DNA of 32,000 nucleotides from Aliivibrio fischeri ES114 (GTDB taxonomy: Bacteria > Pseudomonadota > Gammaproteobacteria > Enterobacterales > Vibrionaceae): assembly GCF_000011805.1 (NCBI RefSeq), contig NC_006840.2; one strand, 5' to 3'. A program made the translations under genes and the position numbers. The notes beneath the pieces are model-generated. The model did not search any database. It was not told the DNA's origin and saw nothing but the letters and a program-made list of their open reading frames with translations. Positions 26,696-32,000 of the stretch are shown one piece after another (positions within the stretch are counted from its first letter, which is position 1; every line of letters starts with the position of its first letter).

Positions 26696-27289
26696 CTATT
26701 CTCCTAGCTTATTTTCTTTCTGATTAAAATCAACGTGGCAATCAACACACATCTTAATCTTCGCTGAATGGTCAAAAGAAAGCACAGCTTCTTTCTCTCC
26801 ATGAACGATATGACAAGATGAGCAGGTTAGGTTTTTAGCGTGAACGTCGTGTGTCCAGCTATCTTCACGTAATCGATCAGGCGTATGACAATCAGTACAT
26901 TGGCTATTAGCTTGTAAAATTTCATCAAACGAGAGGGTCACTTTTTCCGTGCCGACTTTTGATTGTGCTGCCGAATATTTTATAACTTGCGGTGCGCCTT
27001 CTCGGTGATCAGGCCCAATTGATTTATGACACTCGACACAATTCACATCACGTTTAAGAATCGCAAATGACTCTTCCCCGTGTGATCCTTTAAGTGTCTC
27101 TTTTTCGTCTTTATGACATTGTGTACACGCATAATCGCGATCACGAATTAATGTCACTTCATGTCGATTGGATGAGTTGGCCTCTACTTGGGGCGATTCA
27201 TCTGCAGCAACATTCAGAGACAAACCATAGAGACAAAATGCGAAGGTAAGCTTCAACATTGTGGCTATGGCTAATTTGACTTTGCCCAT
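26696..27289 (-). CDS. nrfB: NrfB, periplasmic pentaheme cytochrome c
   Basis: It has five CXXCH motifs (CTQCH, CVECH, CTDCH, CSSCH, CVDCH). I moved the start to ATG 27289 (MGKVKLAIATML…, signal peptide, preceded by GGAAGGA) rather than 27328. Confidence 0.9.
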   Translation of the reverse strand: MGKVKLAIATMLKLTFAFCLYGLSLNVAADESPQVEANSSNRHEVTLIRDRDYACTQCHKDEKETLKGSHGEESFAILKRDVNCVECHKSIGPDHREGAPQVIKYSAAQSKVGTEKVTLSFDEILQANSQCTDCHTPDRLREDSWTHDVHAKNLTCSSCHIVHGEKEAVLSFDHSAKIKMCVDCHVDFNQKENKLGE

Positions 27290-27575
27290 TTTATATCCTT
27301 CCCTTTCCATTCTATTTATCAAATTCATAAATAGTTGGATGAGTAATTGTTGTTAAAGAGCTAGTGCTCTTCTTTGGTATCAATTCTCATTGGATAGTTA
27401 GCCACAACGCTTAACAGAAACATTTTATAATTAAATGTGTCTAAATAATACAACTTATGTCTTTATTGTTACACTTATCTACTCCTTTTGTGATATAGAC
27501 CCAGATACTTATATCTCTCTGTTATTTAAAGAAAATAAGAATCATTCTTAATAAAGATAATCGCAAATAACACTT

Positions 27576-27591
27576 AAGAGGTATACCTCTT
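27576..27591. promoter_or_regulatory. Perfect 16-bp palindrome AAGAGGTATACCTCTT containing two inward-facing TACCTCT heptamers
   Basis: TACCTCT fits the NarL/NarP heptamer consensus TACYYMT, but the arrangement is not the canonical 7-2-7. The centre lies 43 bp from the FNR box centre. Confidence 0.3.
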
Positions 27592-27619
27592 TAATGGTGA
27601 TATTGATCACTTATGTAAC

Positions 27620-27633
27620 TTGATGTAAATCAA
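27620..27633. promoter_or_regulatory. Perfect FNR box TTGAT-GTAA-ATCAA in the nrfA / nrfB divergent region
   Basis: It matches the consensus exactly. It is 126 nt upstream of the nrfA GTG and 331 nt upstream of the nrfB ATG. The nrf promoter of E. coli is FNR-dependent. Confidence 0.65.
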
Positions 27634-27657
27634 CTCCTATATTGATGTAAAAATTAA

Positions 27658-27673
27658 TACCTCTTAATTAGTA
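27658..27673. promoter_or_regulatory. NarP/NarL-like 7-2-7 element TACCTCT-ta-ATTAGTA
   Basis: The left heptamer matches TACYYMT 7 of 7 and the right heptamer 6 of 7. It overlaps a perfect TATAAT (27672-27677). Confidence 0.3.
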
Positions 27674-27758
27674 TATAATTTACCTGTTTCCAATTCTGAT
27701 TGATGGTCGCTTTCACAACGCTTGGCTAATTAATTAAAAGAATATTGGAGATACAATA

Positions 27759-29195
27759 GTGAAAAAGCAATGGACCCGTCGTTCAGCCGCTGCAATAGCA
27801 ATGGTGACTACTTTATTATTAAGTAGCCACAGCTTCGCTGCCTCTGAAAACAATGAACGAGTTGACCCTCGTAATGAAGCCTACGCAAAAGATCATGCCG
27901 ATCAATATGATTCATGGCGATCTACCTCTGATAGTGTGCAAATCGAAGATGCATTAGCTGAAGATCCTAATATGGTGATCTTATGGGCTGGCTACGGTTT
28001 TGCAAAAGACTACAACAAAGCTCGTGGACACTTTTATGCTGTCGATGATGTAAGACAAACCCTTCGTACTGGTGGCCCAACCGATGAAAATTCAGGCCCG
28101 ATGCCAATGGCATGTTGGAGCTGTAAAAGCCCAGATGTTGGCCGAGTTATCGAAGAACAAGGCGAAGATGGTTATTTCTCAGGAAAATGGGCTCGCTTAG
28201 GCAGTGAAATCCAAAACCCTATCGGCTGTGCAGATTGCCATGATACTCGTAGTGAAGAATTTAAAAATGGTGGCCCTGCTCTTGCCTTAACTAAACCTCA
28301 CGTTGAGCGTGCAATGGATGCCATTGGTAAACCTTTTGGTGATCAATCTCGTCTTGATCAACAAGCTGCGGTGTGTGGTCAGTGTCACGTAGAATACTAC
28401 TTCACAGGTAAAACTAAAGCCGTAAAATTCCCTTGGGACAAAGGCACTACCGTTGACGAAATGGAAGAATACTATGATGAGATCGGCTTTAAAGACTGGA
28501 CTCACAAAGTATCTAAAGCGCCTATGTTAAAAGCGCAGCATCCTGGTTATGAAACATGGCGTGATGGTATTCATGGCAAAAACAAAGTAACTTGTGTTGA
28601 CTGTCATATGCCTAAAGTAACCAAAGAAGATGGCACGGTGTACACAGACCATAAAGTAGGTAACCCATTTGATCGTTTTGAAGATACCTGTGCAAATTGT
28701 CACACTCAATCTAAAGAAATGCTTCAAAGTGTTGTTGCAACCCGTAAAGCACAAGTGCTTAAAATGAAACTGACAGCAGAGCGTCAAATCGTTGCTGCTC
28801 ACTTTGAAGCTGGTGCAGCATGGGATGCTGGTGCTACTGAAAAAGAAATGGCACCAATCCTACAAGACATTCGCCACGCACAATGGCGTTGGGATTATGC
28901 GATTGCTTCGCATGGTGTTCATATGCACGCACCAGAAGTTGCTCTAGAAGTGTTAGGTACCGCTGTCGATAAAGCAGCAGACGCTCGAACTAAACTTGTG
29001 CGCTTACTTGCGAAAAAAGGCATTACAGAGCCAGTAGCTATTCCTGATATTTCAACGAAAGCAGCAGCACAAAAAGCATTAGGAATGGACATGGAAGCGA
29101 TGAAAGCTGAGAAGAAACACTTCTTAGAAACCGTTGTTCCAGAGTGGGAAGAACAAGCAAAAGAACGTGAAGCCCGAGATTACGAACCAATGTAA
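27759..29195 (+). CDS. nrfA: Cytochrome c552 nitrite reductase (ammonia-forming), pentaheme NrfA
   Basis: It is colinear with E. coli NrfA. It has CWSCK plus four CXXCH motifs (CADCH, CGQCH, CVDCH, CANCH) and a signal peptide. The GTG start is preceded by GGAG. Confidence 0.95.
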   Translation: MKKQWTRRSAAAIAMVTTLLLSSHSFAASENNERVDPRNEAYAKDHADQYDSWRSTSDSVQIEDALAEDPNMVILWAGYGFAKDYNKARGHFYAVDDVRQTLRTGGPTDENSGPMPMACWSCKSPDVGRVIEEQGEDGYFSGKWARLGSEIQNPIGCADCHDTRSEEFKNGGPALALTKPHVERAMDAIGKPFGDQSRLDQQAAVCGQCHVEYYFTGKTKAVKFPWDKGTTVDEMEEYYDEIGFKDWTHKVSKAPMLKAQHPGYETWRDGIHGKNKVTCVDCHMPKVTKEDGTVYTDHKVGNPFDRFEDTCANCHTQSKEMLQSVVATRKAQVLKMKLTAERQIVAAHFEAGAAWDAGATEKEMAPILQDIRHAQWRWDYAIASHGVHMHAPEVALEVLGTAVDKAADARTKLVRLLAKKGITEPVAIPDISTKAAAQKALGMDMEAMKAEKKHFLETVVPEWEEQAKEREARDYEPM

Positions 29196-29226
29196 TTACG
29201 ACTAGCTTAAACAGGTAGTAATAAAT

Positions 29227-29256
29227 AAAAAGCCGACAGTTAAGTCGGCTTTTTTA
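29227..29256. terminator. Bidirectional rho-independent terminator shared by nrfA and nrfG
   Basis: The sequence is A-run, AGCCGAC-agttaa-GTCGGCT, then T6. Confidence 0.75.
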
Positions 29257-29288
29257 TGTTTCTTATTTATTAGTACAACTTATAAAGT

Positions 29289-29936
29289 TTAATTACGGCG
29301 TGCGTGCATTAACTGTTTGGCTTCATTAATTGAGTTAATAATTGTCACTCGATCAACATCAACTCGCTCAGAATCTAAAATTTTCTGCCACGCATTAATG
29401 GCCTTCTGGTAACGGAAAGTAACAAAATGATCAGAAGCAATTAATGTTAAAGCGGCTTGATTATATTCATCAAGAACTAACGCTTTCTTAAGTAACTCTT
29501 CTACTTCATCGCTCATAATCTGAGAATGTAAATAATACTGAGTCGTCGCTTTTGCTGCATATTGATTGGCTGTTGGCTCTTCTGTTAAACGAATTGCGTA
29601 TCCAAAGCAGATATTCGCATTGTTTAATTCACCATTCAGTAGATAACCCTGCCCTATTTCAAACCACAATTCAGCGTCATTTGGGCTCTGTTTCAGTTGA
29701 TCCTCTAAATAGCGCATCTTATCTTCATAAGAGAGAGGACCTAGTGGCTCTGTAATTAACTCATTTTGTACTGCGTATTTTTCTGGTCTTAATCCAGATG
29801 AAAATACAACAATCACACTGACTACAACAACAAATATCATCCATACAGGATTCAAAGAAGCGGCATTTCCACGGCTATAAAACCACCATAATACTGCCCC
29901 AATAAGAACAAAACTTAGTAACATCGTTATAATCAT
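29289..29936 (-). CDS. nrfG: NrfG-like TPR protein (heme-lyase accessory for the CXXCK heme)
   Basis: It has an N-terminal TM anchor and then TPRs. …QSPNDAELWFEIGQGYLLNG…ALVLDEYNQAALTLIASDHF…AINAWQKILD…SINEAKQLM parallels E. coli NrfG (…NSEQWALLGEYYLW…[20 protein letters not shown]…AIELWQKVMD…SINMAKLL) as I recall it. Confidence 0.7.
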   Translation of the reverse strand: MIITMLLSFVLIGAVLWWFYSRGNAASLNPVWMIFVVVVSVIVVFSSGLRPEKYAVQNELITEPLGPLSYEDKMRYLEDQLKQSPNDAELWFEIGQGYLLNGELNNANICFGYAIRLTEEPTANQYAAKATTQYYLHSQIMSDEVEELLKKALVLDEYNQAALTLIASDHFVTFRYQKAINAWQKILDSERVDVDRVTIINSINEAKQLMHARRN

Positions 29937-30026
29937 ACTGAGTATCCAAATAAAAAATCGGCCAGATCGTAATTGAAATCATCATTTTTCGCAATGATCG
30001 CCATCATAGATGTCCTTTATCCAAAC

Positions 30027-30057
30027 ATAAAAAAAGCTTCTTGATCACAGAAGCTTT
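30027..30057 (-). terminator. Rho-independent terminator of pldA
   Basis: The minus strand reads AAAGCTTCT-gtgatca-AGAAGCTTT followed by a T-run, 29 nt after the pldA stop. Confidence 0.65.
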
Positions 30058-30085
30058 AAATTTTTCGCAATAAATAGCACTGGCA

Positions 30086-30859
30086 TTAATTTGGCGGCAT
30101 TAATTTAATACCAAGACCAATTCGAGTTTGATCATGGTTATAATCAATTAAGGTTTCCCCATACCCTTTCCATGCTTGTACGTATAAACCAACAAATTTA
30201 TTGACGTTTAATGTATAACCAAGCTCAGCACCACCTTTATCGGTTTCGAAATTATAATGGAAACGAGTACTGAGTGTTCCAATATCATTACCGACAGAAG
30301 CCCAAACATCATAATTACCTAAATAATCCGTAATATCTTCGTTATTTTCTTCATCAGCAATGACATACCAAGCTCTAACGCCATATTGTACAGGGCCATC
30401 AATTCGTTCTAATGCGCCATAAATGCGATCCCAACTACGAGATAAACTTGCTGTTTGACCATTAGATTCATGCATATAACCAAATTCAGCATTGTTAAAA
30501 ATCAACATATTTGACTGATGCATCAAGAAAAATTGTGGCTTATAGTTAGTTTCTCTAAAAGGGGATGAAATATCGCTGTTACCCAACTGCCATAATGACT
30601 TTTGTGTATAAGCAAACATGATTGAGGAACTTTGACTAACTGGGAACAAAGGTACTGCAAATGAAAATTTGAATTTCACTTCAACATCATGAAGGCCATC
30701 AGCATCTTCAAAACCACCATCAATATAGGTTTGTTTGTTCAAATCACTAATATAAGAACCTAAAATATAGCTATCTTCATAGGCATGTATACGATTTAAC
30801 TCTTTTGCGAACGATAAAGAGGGTATTGCCAATGCAATTAATAGCATCCATTTTTTCAT
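30086..30859 (-). CDS. pldA: Outer-membrane phospholipase A1 (OMPLA)
   Basis: The catalytic block is YMHESNG…SRSWDRIY (E. coli has HQSNG…SRSWNRLY). It has a signal peptide MKKWMLLIALAIPSLSFA from ATG 30859, preceded by AAAGG. The track start at 30910 is an upstream extension. Confidence 0.85.
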   Translation of the reverse strand: MKKWMLLIALAIPSLSFAKELNRIHAYEDSYILGSYISDLNKQTYIDGGFEDADGLHDVEVKFKFSFAVPLFPVSQSSSIMFAYTQKSLWQLGNSDISSPFRETNYKPQFFLMHQSNMLIFNNAEFGYMHESNGQTASLSRSWDRIYGALERIDGPVQYGVRAWYVIADEENNEDITDYLGNYDVWASVGNDIGTLSTRFHYNFETDKGGAELGYTLNVNKFVGLYVQAWKGYGETLIDYNHDQTRIGLGIKLMPPN

Positions 30860-30954
30860 AGTCGACCTTTTGTCATTAATTTGCTTTTTTATTGTTAATG
30901 CAAAAAGCATACCTAATAACTAAGGTTTTTATTCATACATTCATAATGTTAATA

Positions 30955-32000
30955 CTATTTGATATCAACTGTTCGACTTGCTTTCTTATACTGCAATTTC
31001 CAACCCGACCAACTTGGTAGCTCCCAGCGTTTAACATCACCTTTACGTTGTCCTTTATGATAATGCAGCAAAATTCGCTTACTTCTCGGAAAATATTCAA
31101 CCGACAATACAAGATCTGGTAGCACAACTTTCTGAGGGTAAGAATCTAGAAAATCTTGAAGCTCCCACTCAGGGATACCATGAAAAACAAAATCTGTTTC
31201 ATCAAATAATTCCATCTCATCAATTGAGCTCACACCAAGAGCTTCTAATTGCTCTTTAAACCAACTCTCAAATGTGACAGAAGAGACTTCTTTATTATTT
31301 AACTGGCAATACAGTTTCCAAGCGGCAATCTCCTTCTCTCTTGCTTCTTTTAATTTAGGCATAAGTAAACCGCTATCAACTTGATTGAGGATCACTGCGA
31401 TATTATCGGTATTATCAGGGGCGACGAATTCCGTTTTCAACTTCCGATTTGCATAAAAGTATTCATGTATTATTTTAAATTCACCATCCTGATTTATTAC
31501 CTCTCCACTTCGACACTCAGCTAATCCAGAATTTAAAACTAACGATAAATCAATCGGTGCCAGTGCCGTCGCAATGGTTAATGTCTGCTTAGAGCCTCTG
31601 CCCGGTAAAGAAAATTGATCAAAAACCAACGCAGCTTCATACGATGATGGAAAACAACTGTTGCGGCCGAGTAAAACTTCTTGCTTCTCATTACCAAATG
31701 CTTCTTTTCGCTTTTCTCTTCTAACAAAAACTAATTCTGGTAATTTTTCTACGAGTTGCAGTAATACTTCTTCACGCTTAATGCGACTACTTACTTCTAA
31801 ATCAGGTAAACCAAGTTCATCTCGGATCTGTATTGATAATTTACGAGCTTCAGATTGCAGCTCTTTATCAACAATAACTCCTTCACATGAATGACCGCGA
31901 ACGATAGAAATTAACGTAATAAGATCACAACCTTTAGGATTCCAACGAGTAAATTCCTCTAATGCATCTTGTTTTTTAGATATTGAATAGAGTTTGTTTG
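30955..32000 (-). CDS. C-terminal ~348 codons of a large protein, probably a DEAH-box (HrpA/HrpB-like) helicase; 5' end beyond the window
   Basis: The reading frame stays open from 31998 through the track ORF (30955-31629). My translation of the upstream part is NKLYSISKKQDALEEFTRWNPKGCDL…LQLVEKLPELVFVRREKRKEAFGNEKQEVLLGRNSCFPSSYEAALVFDQ…. Its pattern resembles the HA2/OB region of DEAH helicases. The extreme C-terminus is unrecognised. Confidence 0.45.
   Translation of the reverse strand, partial: NKLYSISKKQDALEEFTRWNPKGCDLITLISIVRGHSCEGVIVDKELQSEARKLSIQIRDELGLPDLEVSSRIKREEVLLQLVEKLPELVFVRREKRKEAFGNEKQEVLLGRNSCFPSSYEAALVFDQFSLPGRGSKQTLTIATALAPIDLSLVLNSGLAECRSGEVINQDGEFKIIHEYFYANRKLKTEFVAPDNTDNIAVILNQVDSGLLMPKLKEAREKEIAAWKLYCQLNNKEVSSVTFESWFKEQLEALGVSSIDEMELFDETDFVFHGIPEWELQDFLDSYPQKVVLPDLVLSVEYFPRSKRILLHYHKGQRKGDVKRWELPSWSGWKLQYKKASRTVDIK

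Noticed and set aside
27312-27334. Inverted repeat CTATTTAT-N7-ATAAATAG, located 23-45 nt upstream of the nrfB ATG.
   Set aside because: It is composed almost entirely of A and T in an AT-rich region. Chance occurrence is likely, and I recognise no matching regulator motif.
29937-30026. An FNR-like sequence (TTGAAATCATCATT) upstream of nrfG.
   Set aside because: It has three mismatches to TTGAT-N4-ATCAA, including within the critical half-site. It is too weak to call.
8149-30910. 5' extensions given by the longest-ORF rule: yccA from 8149, the NTPase from TTG 10228, the GNAT from TTG 16376, the LysR from TTG 19752, nrfE from GTG 24996, nrfB from 27328, pldA from 30910, and the small ORF from 1619.
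   Set aside because: The internal ATGs have better SD sequences. They produce proper signal peptides or N-termini that align with known homologues. Some extensions also run through terminator or promoter-like sequence.
1439-31894. Short track ORFs that lie nested in, or antisense to, longer homology-supported genes or intergenic AT-rich DNA: 1439-1627, 5318-5566, 6586-6810, 7654-7926, 8586-8771, 10701-11015, 11300-11491, 16848-17060, 17094-17288, 19674-19922, 20293-20601, 20356-20559, 21018-21215, 22423-22629, 23084-23299, 25192-25530, 25642-25896, 26051-26263, 28287-28505, 28527-28802, 29552-29755, 30933-31127, 31661-31894.
   Set aside because: Each overlaps a gene with clear family signatures in another frame or strand. 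They have low-complexity or odd composition and no SD, and I recognise no motif in them. They are most simply shadow ORFs.

Overview
The window is AT-rich chromosomal DNA carrying about 31 protein genes. I found no rRNA, tRNA, CRISPR array, IS element or integrase. Gene content and codon style look like a Vibrionaceae genome (Aliivibrio or Photobacterium-like), but this is inference only.

Gene order, left to right:
- ansB (partial, minus strand), a DUF2786 protein, and a 60-aa Cys/His-rich ORF behind a perfect FNR box.
- A GntR regulator and a CysG-like siroheme enzyme (operon, minus strand).
- aapJQMP / yhdWXYZ-type general amino-acid ABC transporter, then yccA.
- An uncharacterised block: a Sel1 protein, a membrane P-loop NTPase-wHTH protein coupled to an MscS-like channel, and a second Sel1 protein.
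- An operon of a GNAT and a Nudix-PAP2 fusion, then fadL and pgpB.
- A HypT-like LysR regulator divergent from a DcuA-family transporter and an aspartate racemase.
- A rearranged formate-dependent nitrite reductase locus: nrfF, dsbE-like, nrfE, nrfD, nrfC and nrfB on the minus strand, nrfA divergent, and nrfG detached.
- pldA and the 3' part of a DEAH-like helicase gene that runs off the window.

An anaerobic theme recurs (ansB, dcu, nrf, two perfect TTGAT-N4-ATCAA boxes).

The best candidate for an undescribed system is the translationally coupled pair at 10237-13468. It combines a signal peptide, a periplasmic region, a multi-TM region, a P-loop with a non-canonical Walker A and a wHTH, followed by a separate MscS-family pore. 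The second candidate is the Nudix-PAP2 fusion, predicted to face the periplasm, with its upstream GNAT.

All calls come from reading the translations and DNA by eye. No database search was run.
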